From Girardia tigrina (lineage: Eukaryota): a stretch of 64,000 nucleotides of DNA. This document shows positions 12,316 through 25,894 of this stretch, piece by piece. A program made the translations under genes and the position numbers. The stretch covers positions 1 through 64,000 of the forward strand of contig MQRK01217052.1 of assembly GCA_001938485.1 (NCBI GenBank). The letters run 5' to 3'. Below the pieces are notes generated by a model that had not been told where the DNA came from, ran no database searches, and worked only from the letters and a program-made list of their open reading frames with translations. How positions within the stretch are numbered: position 1 is the stretch's first letter; each line of letters starts with the position of its first letter.

Positions 12316-14599
12316 AACATATATATTCTTAGGAAACACATATTTGTAACTCAATATATTTGTTCATTTCATTAACAAATCAACTGCGATGGGCGAACTC
12401 GAATATAATTCTTTTATCTTATCTTTTACCTGACAATATTTAAAACTAAAAAATCAATTATGGTTATCAATTTAAACATTTTTTAAAAAATTAGAAAAAC
12501 ATCTAAAAGAAGTATTTAAAAATTATTTTAAAAAATTAAGAAAGTGAAATTTCAAAAATTATTAAAAAAATAAATAGAAAGAAACCAAACTTATATAGTA
12601 AAATATTTGCATAATATACTTCAAGTACATGTACTCTAAAATAAAGTACACGGAGCGTGTCAGTAATATAAATGTAATGCAATCAATTGTAAAATAAAAT
12701 ATGTTAATTTTAAAAGTGATTTTTTAATTTAAATAATTATAAATTTAAATAATTTTAAATAATTATTTTAAATAAATAGCCTTATAATCTTAATTTCGTA
12801 AATCAATAAATCTTTTAACGTATTAAAAGGTATGTTTAGTTTGTAAGTTATTTTTGTATAATTTAAAATAATTAATGATTTAATTTTTTATAGTTATAAG
12901 GTACAATTTAATTTTATTTAATTTTTAATATACATGAATATAAAATCTATTTAGAAGGGAAAATGTTGTAAATTAATTAAATGATTACTGTAATAAAAAT
13001 ATATATTTCATAAAACTTTACTAATAATTATTTTATTTTTTTCTCAAAATATTTGATGAAGATTTAAAAGCGGCTAAATAGATATATATTTTGTATAATA
13101 AAAATAGATTTTATTTGTTAATTTAAAAACTTGAATTTAAATTATAATATTAACAAATTAATCTAAGGAGAAAAAATATTTTTAAAGGTGATTTATTTTA
13201 GCGAATCACCAGGGAAATAATACTTTCTCTTTCAAAATAAAATGAGAATTATTTTTTTGATAATAAATTTAATCATAAATGTAAAAAAACTTTATAAATA
13301 TTTTATTTTGACTTGAAAAATAAAATAATTATCCGAATTGAAAATAAAACTCAACAAACCCAAAAGATAAAAAACTGTTTCAGTTGACTGAATTGGAACT
13401 AAATGAAGATAAAATATAAATATTCAAATGAATTATTTGAAAAATATTCATTGTCTGCAAATAATTTTTTAAAAAAAATTAAGACAAAAAGGACAATTTT
13501 TTGTTAATGGAAAAAAAGTCTGTAAAAAACCTGTTGAAATTTATTTGTTTATTTTTTTCAAATTTAAAAGTCAACAAAAAATTTTTCTTTTGATGGGAGA
13601 AAAAAATCTTATTTGTTCTATATTTACTTCAGTTCATGTCGTTTTTTTATATAAAATAGTTTTTTTTAATTTCAGAAGATTTTAAAATGAGTTTTGTAAT
13701 TTACTTTCATCCACTGTTTAATATATACATTTTTATGATAATAACAAATAAAAAATTATTATTTCAAATATTGACGTGCCAACAAATAATTACACTATTT
13801 TTTATAATTGTTGAAAATTTATGTCTAACTTAAAAAAATGATTTTAATAATAATTTTAATATTCCGAGAAAAAAATTATTATTAGAATTTCTAAAATTAT
13901 TTTTCTATAATATATAATGTTATTTTTAGCAAAACACAATTATTTCTACAATTTTGTACTTTCTTTTTTATGTATTGTTATAATACATGGTAAATTATAA
14001 ATATAATATTAATTTATTAGTATTTTGTAATAATAAAAGGCAAAATAAAATAATTAATAATTATTATAAACTGATTTTCTATATTTAAATTTAAAATAAA
14101 AATTAAATATTATTATAAAATTTTACAAATAAATAAAACTACTCATAAACATTATTATTGATTATTTAATATAATTTTAAAAATTAAAATTGCATGGATT
14201 ACTAAAATTAAAACAGGATAAATATAAATCTGAAATATGTAGATTCAAAAAAATCATACTTAAAATATTTGACCCAAAAAAGACGTTAAAACAGTTATGG
14301 AAGTCCATTGTATATAAGCATTAACTTAATCAAAAAATTATGTTAACTTTCTTGTTTCTTAACTGTTAGATTATTTGTGGATATAATTTCTTTAGCTTTA
14401 AGCAAACAAATTTGAGATATACTTTTTCCATACCCTTGACCTTTTTGAACTAAGTTCCTTAAAGAAAAAATAGCCTTTGGTATTTTTGAAAGTTATTTTC
14501 GGCCATTTCATGCGGTAAAAGTTATTTATTCTGTTTTATCTAGACTAAGTAGTTCAATGAAAAGAGAAATTGAATGTATTTTCCTCTTCCATTAACTTC

Positions 14600-15260
14600 C
14601 TTAAATAATTAGATATAAAGAAATAAGAAATATTTATTAATTAGTACAATAGAAGCAAGGTTGTTAGAGCTATAGTTAATTGTTAAATCATTCGACGATA
14701 TATAAAAAATAGATTGAAATACGGAATTTGAAACCAATAAAATATATCTTTCTGGCCGATCCAAAATGAGTAAACCAAAATTGTCACATGAGATTTGTTG
14801 AAAAAAATCTGATTTCCTTGTTTAACCTGTTACTAAACATTAATCGGACGAACTTGCATTGCAAGTAGATTAGGTGCCGGTATTTCGATGGAAATACGTT
14901 GGCGAGAGTGCTCAGTTAAACAAATTTCCAGTTACGGTTAATCCAAGAAACTCGATCAAGGATTAGTGATCCGATTGAATGCGTCACAGATAACATTGTG
15001 AAAATCAGTATGCTAAGTTTCTCTATGTAGCATAAATCAACGGACACCGACTTGTCCAAAATAAGTATTTAAGTACAGATTTTTATCCGATAGAGATTTA
15101 AAAATTTGATCAACTTGGAACTTTAGAGTCGTCATTTTGTACACCGAATTTTCAAGGTTAAAAGGTTTCAAATTGCCAAGAAGTTTGGATTTAAAATTCT
15201 TGTATCGAGCTTCATAAGCTTGATTGACTATTTTCGTTAGCTATAAGAACCGGGTTTTCA
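14600..15260 (-). mobile_element. Degenerate dispersed repeat (copy 1 of 3), probably non-LTR ORF2-derived
   Basis: TTAGGTGCCGGTA...GGCGAGAGTGC...CAAATTTCCAGTT...TAGTGATCCG.TTG.ATGCGTCACAGA shared with 24310-24510 and, inverted, with 51900-52110. Confidence 0.55.
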
Positions 15261-15381
15261 TTGCAATGAAAGATAGATTGAAATGGAAATTAAATTATTC
15301 AATCAATTTAATTATAGTTTTTTTTATTTTCATATATATATATATATATATTACATATATACATATAATATATACATATAA

Positions 15382-16640
15382 TATTAGGTTGGTCGAAAAA
15401 TAATGGCGGTTTTCGAGCTTTATACTTTGTTAATCTACTTTGATATGTATATAATTTTAAATGCATTAGTGTTAGATATTATTTGAAATCTTATGCCTAG
15501 CTGTATATTCCTATAGCCATTATTAACATATTGCTGTTATTTTTTTAGAATATTTATGGTGTTAAATTAATAATGGAAAAAATTAAAATTCGAGTAATTT
15601 TCTTGTACGAATTTAAACTGGGTCGTAAAGCAGCAGAAACGGCTCGCAATATCAATAAAGTGTTTGACAGGGGAACAGCTTCTGAGCGCACAGTACAACG
15701 ATGGTTCCGAAAATTTTCTGATGGAGATGAAAACCTTGAAGATGAAGAAGGTGATGGTCGTCCGGTTGCTGTGAACAACGAAAATTTGAGGACAATGGTG
15801 GAAACAGATCACCATACAACAATCAGAGAACTTGCAGATGGGTTGGGCATTAGTCCTGGATCATTTAAAACAACTTGGAAAAATCAAGAAACTTTATAAA
15901 TGGGTTCCACATGATTTGAATGAAAATCAAAAGAACCGACGCGGTGAAATTTGTTCTGCCAATCATCTTCGCAATAAAAACGATCCATTTCTTGATCGTA
16001 TTGTTACCTGTGATGAGAAATGGATCCTGTATGATAGCCGACGTCGATCTGCACAGTAGTTGGACAAAGATGAAGTACCGAAACACTTTCCAAAACCGAA
16101 ACTAACACCCCGTAAGGTTATGGTGACAGTTTGGTAGTGTGATGCTGGAATCATCCACTATAGTTTCTTGAATCCAGGTGAAACAATCACAGCGGAGAGG
16201 TACTGTCATGAAATTGATGAAATGCATAAGAAATTGAAAACCCTTTGTCCGGGATTGGTCAATCGAAAAAGTTCCATCCTTCTTCATGATAACACTAGAC
16301 CTCATATTTCAAAAGTGACTCTTCTATGAAATCCTGCTTCATCCACCATATTCACCAGACCTCTAGCCAACGGACTTCTACTTTTTCAGGCATTTGTACA
16401 ACTTCCTACGTGAAAAAATTTTCAAAAACCAAAATGATGCTCAAAATGCCTTCCAAGAATTCGTCNCTTCGAGAACCGATGCATTTTATGCTGATGGAAT
16501 AAAACAACTTGTTTCTCGTTGGTAAAAATGTATTGATGCCAACGGTTCATACTTTGATTAATAAACTTTTGTTTCTGTGAATTTGCACGACTTTGAAGTT
16601 TGTGTCCCATAACCGCCATTATTTTTCGACCAACCTTATA
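15382..16640 (+). mobile_element. Mariner (Hsmar1-like DD34D) transposon with pseudogenised transposase
   Basis: TIRs TTAGGTTGGTCGAAAAATAATGGCGGTT / AACCGCCATTATTTTTCGACCAACC.. with TA. Motifs WVPHDL, TCDEKW, HDN, HPPYSPDL; frameshifts and stops present. Confidence 0.97.
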
Positions 16641-17689
16641 ATAGTATCACGCTACTACAAGTAGATAAATTGATCTGTAATAGTTGTGTAGTGTTCTACT
16701 ACATCACACAACAATTATATGCTTATTTTAATTTTAAATATTTATTATTTATTAATTACAAATATATTTTATTATTGTAATTTTTATGGTATGTATAACG
16801 TTCCTTTTTACATTATTTTGTTATTTTTTTGGTTTTTTTCTATTCTGACATTATTTTTATAATGCAGCAGATGACGATTTTTTTATTTGTTTTATTTGTG
16901 CTGTGTAAATGTTTATTGTGAAGTATTTTTTACCTTTTGATGTCTTTATTAATCGAACGAAAAGGGCGATGGAACGACAAAGGAAAGAGAAGGTTCTTTT
17001 TATCAGCAAAGAATAAAGAAAAGATTAGAAGGAGAGAAATTCAAATTAATCATTTTTCCCTTTTCGATGATTAACGACAATATACAATTAAAAATTAAAA
17101 TTTAAAAGTTTAAAAAACAATCAATTAAAAAATCATAATTATAATTAATAGTTAATATAATTATCTGGGAAAACTTACTTGTGAATTATATGTTATTATA
17201 CATTTACTAATTTCATCTTTCATCATTATTTGACTATATCTGAAATTATTTTATTGTTTACGTTTACAAATCATATACCCAATGATGCCTATAAATGACG
17301 GTGATTGTTTACGAAAAGTGTCATAATCCTACAAACTACAAATATTATTATTTATAGAAAAAAAGAGAATACTCGATTTTGAACGTGAGAAACTTCGAAG
17401 TTCCTCTAAGTATTTCATTTATATATTTACTGAAATATTCATGATCGTTTTTTCCGATTATATATAATTAACATTAGATAATTATTTGTTACCATTGTTT
17501 GTTCCCCTGACCCTAACTCACTCATTTTTCTAACGTAACGCTGATTGTTGTGTTAGTCTTCTTTTTACTCCTTCCGTAATTAGTTTTTATGTACATATTT
17601 GTACAAATATGTACTTATGTACATAATATTTCTTATATAGTTATGTACTTTCTTAAGTATATTTTATTTCTTATGTACTTATGTACAAA

Positions 17690-17909
17690 TAAGAAAACAA
17701 GCATTAAGAAAGGTTAAGATTGAGGAAAGAGTGGAAGGAGAAAGACCAAGAGGAAGACCAAAGAGGCAATGGATGGACGATTTAAAAGAATGGACTGGAC
17801 TGAGTATGGAATGTCTGAGAAAAAAGCTACAAATAGAGAGATGTGGCGAAGGCTTGTTTATAATTGGATGCGCACAAGGCCCAACGGCTAAGGTCAAAAG
17901 AAGAAGAAG
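17690..17909 (+). mobile_element. 3' end of RTE/BovB-type LINE
   Basis: EGERPRGRPKRQWMDDLKEWTG is the typical RTE C-terminus; ends in an (AAG)n tail. Confidence 0.85.
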
Positions 17910-19299
17910 TGATCAATCAAGAATTATTTATTAACATCCAACCATCAGAAATTAAATCGAATCTCTACAATATTTTGGACTGGTTTTCCTAGGAAATAAA
18001 TTGTTGTTAGTCCTATAAATTGTTCAATTCTCATCCTTGAATGTTTTCATTTGATTTGGAGATAGATTCATTTTTGACCTTCTTCCTCATCTGATAATGA
18101 TTTTTTTCTCAGTTGTTATTAACTAATTATATTGGTTTACGATGAAAACAGGGATAAAATTTAACTGAATGATCATTTTTACTATATAATTATTTATGTA
18201 AAGGAAGTTTGGCAAATAAAAAGTAGTTACTTTGTTCAGGTTCTTCAACAAGGTGTTTTAAATAGAAATAAGCACATATCATATGACCCTCTAGAATGAG
18301 TTCAAAGTGCATTAAAGTTACATCTGCTATGATAGCATTATTCTGAACTCCAAGTTAATAGAAATGTTGAATAGTTGTAAAATATTGAGGACCTAGTTCT
18401 TCTAACAATCTACGTGCAATATTGGCTGGTTGATTTTCCTCTTCAGCTAATAACGTTTCTTTTATTCAATTTGTAAGGGTGCCTCTTTTCGTTGATACGT
18501 TTTCTCCACAGCGACTGTCGTGAACTCAAATTGCTTTTTTTCAAAATTTATCTATTTTTATTTATTTTCCAAGTGTAATTTATGATTTAAAAAAGTACTG
18601 ACTTTATTATAATACCGTAGAATTTGTAAAATATAATTCTTAAATGAAAGAGCTTGGAATCATTCGCAGTATTGTAATGCTTTAATCACATTTTCAATAC
18701 AATGAATATGGATTATGAGACTGTATTTTAAAAGGGGTAATACAAAAGTTTAGATTGAAAATTAATGAAAATTGATTCGGATATCTTGTTTAATCCACCA
18801 ATATTCAAAGAATGAATGACTAGAAGGATCTTTTATATTATCGTCTGTTCAGGTATTTTATTCATCCTTCAGAATGGAAAATAAAAAATACGGATTTATT
18901 TTATTTTGATTGTTTTTCAATTCGATAAGAAAATTCATTTCTTTCAGTAAAATTAAAAATCAATATTTTAAAATTTATTTTTTTTCGTTAAATAATAATG
19001 TTTTGTTGTTTTATTAAGAATAAATGAAATTATTTTTGCTCTGATGTTTTAAATGAAAGAGATAAAATGGAACGAAATTCAAAGTATAAAAATTTTGTAA
19101 AAAAAATTTTAAAATAACACACATTATTTTCTGTTTTAAACTTTGAAATGAAATTGTTTTTATTTATAACTCAATATATAAATTCATTTATTAATATACA
19201 TTTATTAATATATTTTTAATAATATATATTTATTAGTATATAAAAAGTTTTATGCAGCAATTTTAACAACTATTGAGAAAGAGTATCGTCTGAGGCATT

Positions 19300-20074
19300 A
19301 ATAATTAAAGCGGTTGATCCAACAATATATTCAATCAAGTGACTTTATTTAAAGTTTTTGTGTGAAACAGCAATTACGCAATTGACTACAGCACTCTCTT
19401 CTAACATGTCCTTCTTCGTGACATGCACAATAGGTAATTTTTCGAACTTTAAAATTTCTTCTTATTTCTCGTTCTTTGAATTTCTCGTTCTTTGGTCTTG
19501 GTGTTCTTTTTTATTTTCCACTGTTCTCCATTCATTTTCTCTTTTTGTGTTATATACCGCTACAGGAGCGTTTCTTTTCTTTTTATCATATTCAAACATT
19601 CTCATTTGAATGTCTTCAATCTCTTCAGATTTCTTGACACCTCTAACAGCTATTTCTTTCTGTACGTTCTCATGATCTATCATATTAGCGTAGACCAAAT
19701 TTGATATTTCTTTTTTACCCAACTTTTTTCAATTAAATTTTCAATGGTTTCATCAGCCTTTCTAAATGTTACTGTTGGATCGCTGGATCCAATTCTCATT
19801 TCTTCCAGTTTCATCATTAGATCAAGGATAGATTTTTCCTTTGAAAACGCGGATCTTAGTTTCTCTTCACATGTTTCACCTGTTGCAGCTTCATATTTTA
19901 TTATGACATCCGGAGTCATATATGGTGTTGCTAATAAGATTTTTCTATTATCTGAAAATCCTGTTATCTTCGCATACCTGTTAAAGCTCGTTATGTATGC
20001 CTCAACTTTTGTTTCTGATCCATCAAAAATCTCCGGACCTCTAATGTTCGGAATCACGTGGTCGTGTGTCGCCA
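19300..20074 (-). mobile_element. Gypsy-type internal region: PBS plus frameshifted gag
   Basis: PBS TGGCGAC... at 20074 directly after the LTR. Gag PEIFDGSETKVEAYITSFNRYA, and zinc-knuckle relic YCACHEEGHVRREC near 19385-19430. Confidence 0.85.
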
Positions 20075-20587
20075 TATTAAGAACACCAACATGGCTTTTC
20101 AAACTTTTATTTTCAATAAAATTTGAATTGTCCTGTGGACAACTCTCAGCAAAACTTTCGTAATTCGACATCGTTCTAAATTGATAAATTTTTATTAATG
20201 TTTTTTAATAAACAATTATTAGAACAAATTTTTCGTTATTTTCAGATTTTATTTTTAAAGTTCAAATTTTGTAATTTTAGTAATAAGTTTATTTACATAT
20301 TAATTTTATTTTAAAAATTATTTTATTTAAAGAAAGAACATTTATTTAATTTAAAACTTAATTAAAAGCTATTTACTTTATTTAAATTTTTAATATTAAA
20401 ATTTTAAACGATTTGATATTTTTATGTTTTTTAAATATTTTAAATATTTTAAATATTTACTTTAAAATGTAAATTATACTCGAATAATTATTCAGTGAAC
20501 ATCTAAAATATCAATTTTCCATCTGGGTGGGAGAAACACATTTCCAAATACTAAACTCAACATACCAAATTTTAAATATTCCTCAGA
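20075..20587 (-). mobile_element. 5' LTR of the Gypsy element (defines the TGTGAGGAAT family)
   Basis: T(C)TGAGGAATATTT...CTCCCACCCAGATGG...AATAAA...GTTCTTAATA, immediately followed by PBS and gag. Confidence 0.85.
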
Positions 20588-21830
20588 CGTATAAGTAGGT
20601 GGGCGTAATCTCAGGGAACTCTAATGAAATAATATTAAAATGCAAAAATGATAATTGACAATCAAGTTAAATTTTAGGGAACCCTTTAATCCCAAAAAAA
20701 ATTTAACACAAAATTTTCAATTAAGGTAAACGTTTTTTTTAAATTATTTAATCTTGTTTTAACAAAAATACTAATTCTTCATTTATCAATCTAAATATTT
20801 TTAACACATATTCTAATTGTATTTTTTTATAAAAAATAAATATGAAATTTGTATGTTTTTATGCTTATAAAATTAGCAAAAAATGTAGAGAAAATTTTGA
20901 ATATTTTCTGAAATTCCGTAGCAAAACAACTGCGGGTGTCATATGATATATTGTATATATATTTTGATTTATAATGAAACAACTTAATATTACCAAAGAA
21001 ATAAGGAAAAATAAAAAGAGTATCTTTAATAACTTACAACAGTACGTCATGAATTTCCCAGTTTTACCGAGTAAATTATGCAAACTTTATGCTTTGTAAC
21101 TTTTAGGGTCTGTTTAATCAATTGAAAATGCAAAGTAATATATAATAATAACAATGTTTTTTTTTAAAAAAATAAAAGACTATTCATAGTTGTCTAAATT
21201 GTTTTTTTCAACAGGTAAACACAACATAATTCCAAAGACTCAAAAATATTTAGATGAAAGCACAAAAGTTATTTAATATCAGCTGGCCCTTTTATGCAAA
21301 GAATTCAATGTTAAGATTATTAGACGGGGATTTATAGGGGACTTAATGCTTAATTTTTTTCTTTGTTTAAATTTACATTTATTTTGTCTTAAATTATTCA
21401 AAGTTTACATAAAATAAAAGAAAGTTGTTAAGAGGGCCGACACAATTACTGTACAAACATTTATTAATATTACATTTAGAGTATTACAACTCTCAAAGTT
21501 TTTTCACCATTTGACATTGTTTTAAATAGTTTTATATCTGAATTTTTAATTTTGATTATTTGAACAAATTTAAAAATTTTTCAATAATATTTATTATTAT
21601 TTTCTCTTTAAAATATTTCATTAAATTATGAAAAATTATTAAATTCATTTTAAAATTATTTAAACATCTAAAATGTCTTATATTAAAACATTAAGCATGT
21701 TTATTTTATTTTTGAAAAAGATTACTTGTTCGGTTTCATTTTAAATAAATTTTTTCGTTTTAAATAATTTTCTTTTAAAAACAATTATTTTATCAGAGTA
21801 AAAAAATTAAATTTAAGTTTAATATAAAAA

Positions 21831-21870
<40 letters not shown>

Positions 21871-22355
21871 NNNNNNNNNNNNNNNNNNNNNNNNNNNNNN
21901 NNNNNNNNNNNNNNNNNNNNTATATATATATATATATATATATTTATGAGATGATATGTAAATATATGTATATATATTTTCTTCATAGTAACATTGGTTT
22001 TAATATTTTTTGATTGTTTAAATATTTACGGTAACTCCGTATTATTTGGAGTTTTTTAAACTAATAAAAATTATAAATCGAGTTTATCGATTTTTTTCTT
22101 TTGTCGAATAAAAAATAAAAATAAATGAAAACTGGATCTTTTCCGCCAATTAATTTCGCGCGCGAGTTTTCTGACTGATGACCGATTCGACGGCCGTATC
22201 GTGGGATATATCGAGAGTGTTGTGCGCGACTCGTCGGCGATTATCGACGAAGAAATCATTCCAATTTATTCGGAGATTTCTCAAATCTATCGAACATTAA
22301 CAAAAGATTTTACGAGAAATTCACCTACAATTTATATTTCACACTGTTCAATACA

Positions 22356-22545
22356 ATGTTGGATTTGGTGAAACGGATAATCGCTATTATTTTGTGTACG
22401 ACGGAAAAGAAAACTGATGAAAACGAAAGCAGTGAACGGGATCCCGCCCTCATTAGGGCGAAAATTATTAACTATATGCTGAGAGGCCTGATTGAAGGTG
22501 ATAAAATCGAATTGACCTTATTCGACCAAACAAGTATGAGATATA
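22356..22545 (+). mobile_element. Repeat fragment, ORF1-like (non-LTR retroelement?)
   Basis: CCCGCCCTCATTAGGGCGAAAATTA (ER.PALIRAKI) is shared, inverted, with 25467-25492. Confidence 0.4.
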
Positions 22546-22867
22546 TTTATTTACATTTAGAAAATAATAAATTAAATAATTACAATAATGATAAAAATAA
22601 TAATAAAAACAAAAATAATAATGAATTAAATGATAATAATAATAAAAATAATATTAAAAAACAAGATGATAACGAATTTCCTCTCTCCCTTTCAACGAGC
22701 AATAAAAAAGGCGCATTTACTGCGCTGCTGCCACAACATTACTTATATGAGAAATTATTCTATATTATTACAATTTAAATTTAAATTTTATTGGATTATT
22801 AAATTTTCATTAACATAAAAAAAGTAAATTCTATCCAAATGGTCAGTGATTGCAAATACAATAAAGC

Positions 22868-22952
22868 CCTAATTTTCAAATGTGTGGGAGAATCACAATT
22901 CCAATTTGAGCACACTCAAATAAACACACCACAATTTAAAATATTCTTCACA
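22868..22952 (-). mobile_element. LTR 5' fragment (TGTGAGGAAT family)
   Basis: TGTGAAGAATATTT start, GT-rich spacer, degenerate TTCTCCCACACA box. Confidence 0.65.
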
Positions 22953-23699
22953 AAAATAATCTCAAAAGTTCATATAAGAACAAATTTGTACGAAAATAAA
23001 TTAATTATTTCTTTTTTATTGCAAAACGTTTTTCAAATATATACCCGTAAGTCAATGATCATTTTTTATTTTATTCATTTATCAAAGAAAGAAATGAATT
23101 GCTTTTACTCATCAAATTATGATTTATTATTTTTGATGGCCATTCTCGATTAAAAGAAAACAGTTTCAATGGAGAAAATCAATTAAAGGTAAAATTTTGT
23201 TATTATGTTATTTAAAAATACTTTTTTTCTAAAATTCGATGAAGTCTTCGCTAAGATTTAATTGTTGTTCATTAAAAACATAACATCCCTATTTCATTAT
23301 ACAGAATTTATTGTATATTACATGTTTCACTATCATGACATCGTCGATTATGCGACGTTTTAAATATTCAAAGTCATTTGTGATACATTGAATATACGCA
23401 ATTTATCAATTTTAAAATAATCTCAAAATTACTCAGCTGAAGTCGGTTTTTGCATTTTTTGATGTGATCGAGAATTTATGTATATATACTCGAATAAGCG
23501 CGTTCAGCTAGTGATTGTCAATATTTTTTGATTGCGGACAGGAAAAATATATCAATTTCTTTGCGGACCGGTTAACGTATATTTAATACATTAACTGATG
23601 CAAGATATAATGTAAACATAAATTTAACAAATTTTACTTAAGTATTAAAATGAAACAAAAAATACAAATCAATGCAAATTAGAGATATGCTTTCATCCT

Positions 23700-24050
23700 T
23701 AAAAGTTTCTCAACCCGACCCGAATTTTCATGAGTCAAACCCGAACCCAACAAGACTCGGATTTATTATATTGCAACCCGACCCAACTTTATTATAGTGC
23801 GACCCGACCTGAATGTATTTTATAGCAATCTGAATTAACCCGAACCTAAATGAATCTTTATTGGAAAAAAATATCAGTCTTCTGCAAATGATTGGAGACA
23901 CATAAAAGACAACACAAAAGCATTTTATCTAGGGCAGTTAGTGAAAAGTGAACATGTAATTTATTTATTATAAAACCAGCTTCACTAAAGCCTCTCTTCG
24001 ATGTTGCAGAAGAAGAAGATACACTAAAAATAAGTCGAGAGGCTCTAGAC
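23700..24050 (-). mobile_element. hAT transposon 3' end
   Basis: RLIFSVSSSSATSKRGFSEAGFII...LDKMLL is a hAT dimerisation-domain relic; ACCCGACCCGA subterminal repeats at 23712-23845. Confidence 0.75.
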
Positions 24051-24510
24051 GAAAATGTAAAGAAACTGGAATGTAAATAAATCTTTATTGCACAACAAAT
24101 TATAAGTGAAAAAATAAGCGATGACACTTTCACTTACGTCAACACATGGCTGAACTAGTTTCAAAGTTTCTTTTATGTATTGAAGAGTTGATGACCGTTG
24201 CTCAGAAATCCGGTAATTGGAAGAATTTTTAGCCCAAGAATCAAGGAAAACAGCAGCGAAATGAATAAGAGAAAGCCGCACCAACAATTTATCACGAATG
24301 CAAGTGGATTAGGTGCCGGTAGTTTGGTGGAAATTCATCGGCGAGAGTGCCACGTAAGACAAATTTCCAGTTCCGGCTAAACTAGAAAACACGAACAAAA
24401 TGAATAGTGATCCGGTTGGATGCGTCACAGAAAACAACGAGGAAATTAGCTTGTAGATTTTTCCAATGTGACTAAAATCAGCGGACTTCGACTGAACCAG
24501 AATACTTAGA
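24050..24510 (-). mobile_element. Degenerate dispersed repeat (copy 2 of 3)
   Basis: Aligns by eye with 14850-15070 and 51900-52110. Confidence 0.55.
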
Positions 24511-24998
24511 CATTGAATATGAATAATAGAATTATATTATTTCCGTATATGTCACGTCATACATTCTTTTTGGCAATAATCGATTTATGTATGACTTCTT
24601 TTTCAAAGTTGCATGATAAAGAATTAGAGTTGAAGGTGTCTTCTAGAACGTACAATCGTACGTTCGAATCTTTTGAGTTAGAAATGTTAATAGAAATATT
24701 ATTTGGATTTTATAACTTCAAACATCGAAACGGCAAATATCACGACACCGTCCAAGAATCCGAATAATTGTTGTTGTCCCATGAGATCACAGTATTTGAT
24801 GCTGACTTTTATTCTTATTGTCCTGTGGTTCACGATGGACATTGTGAGTGTTGGGAAACATTAATTCAAGACATCCGAAACGAAAATTTTGAAGTAATTT
24901 ACATGTTCTGAATTATTTTCCATAGAAATTACGATTATATTCAACCTTCTATTATTTCATTCATTTTTCGATCGATTCATAAAATTGAATCAATTATC

Positions 24999-25051
<53 letters not shown>

Positions 25052-25379
25052 NNNNNNNNNNNNNNNNNNNNNNNNNNNNNNNNNNNNNNNNNNNNNNNNN
25101 NATATATATATATATATATGCAGTAGCAAGGGCTACTACAGTAGAATTTGCTTTTTTTGGTTGAACTTATTACTGAAGAATTTAAATAGAAAATAATTAA
25201 AAATTTAGACTTTCGAAAAAAACCCTAAAGTGATTAAATAGTAAAAGACTAAACATAGAAGGTAAATATATTAGCCATCTCGTTACCTAAAAAACAAAGA
25301 TATTATTTTGAATAGTTTTGGATCCGTGACGTAACAGTAAAAAACTCTAAATTTACTTTTATTATTGATGTTGTTTCTC

Positions 25380-25710
25380 AACACTTTGTATCTGATGGGG
25401 CAGGTAATAACATTTGGGTCCATTGGAACTCGGCCCCTACTTCGCCATAAATCTACAGACAATCGGTAATTTTCGCCCTAATGAGGGCGGGTTTCCGTTC
25501 AAATGGGAATATTCGAATTGGAATCGAATCAATACTGACGAATACGAAATCTTTTCGATGCGGATGACTACCATTGGGTGTGCTCATTAGAATATCAAGA
25601 AATCCGCAATGTCCGGTTAAATAAAACGGATAGATTTTCGAGCAGTCTTTAAACTCTTGATTTAAATTATCATTCAAATACGAATACGATTGTTGTTCGG
25701 TTTGCATTTT
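25380..25710 (-). mobile_element. ORF1-like retroelement fragment
   Basis: IRIFPFERKPALIRAKITDCL*IYGEV resembles L1/Tx1-type ORF1 (P.E...I...L..YGEV); shares a motif with 22430-22470. Confidence 0.4.
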
Positions 25711-25894
25711 ATCAAATAATAAATTTTGTATTCAAACTTGATGATAACTTTACATATGATCAGTTTACGTAAAAACTAACAAATTCACATATTTTAACAA
25801 TAAAAAAAGTTGTTGTTGTATTTTTTAAAGAATTTATATTAAACTCGCATTTCTTAGTATTTAAAAAATTTCATTTTTTCAAAAAAATTGTCGT

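Noticed and set aside
22411-22432. CTGATGA-AAAC-GAAA as a hammerhead (likewise 25536 CTGACGA-ATAC-GAAA, and minus-strand hits near 8860, 18440 and 46068)
   Set aside because: No stem II and no flanking stem I/III pairing.
22443-22466. GCCCT-CATT-AGGGC-GAAA as hammerhead stem II
   Set aside because: No CUGANGA immediately 5' in either copy; better explained as conserved coding sequence.
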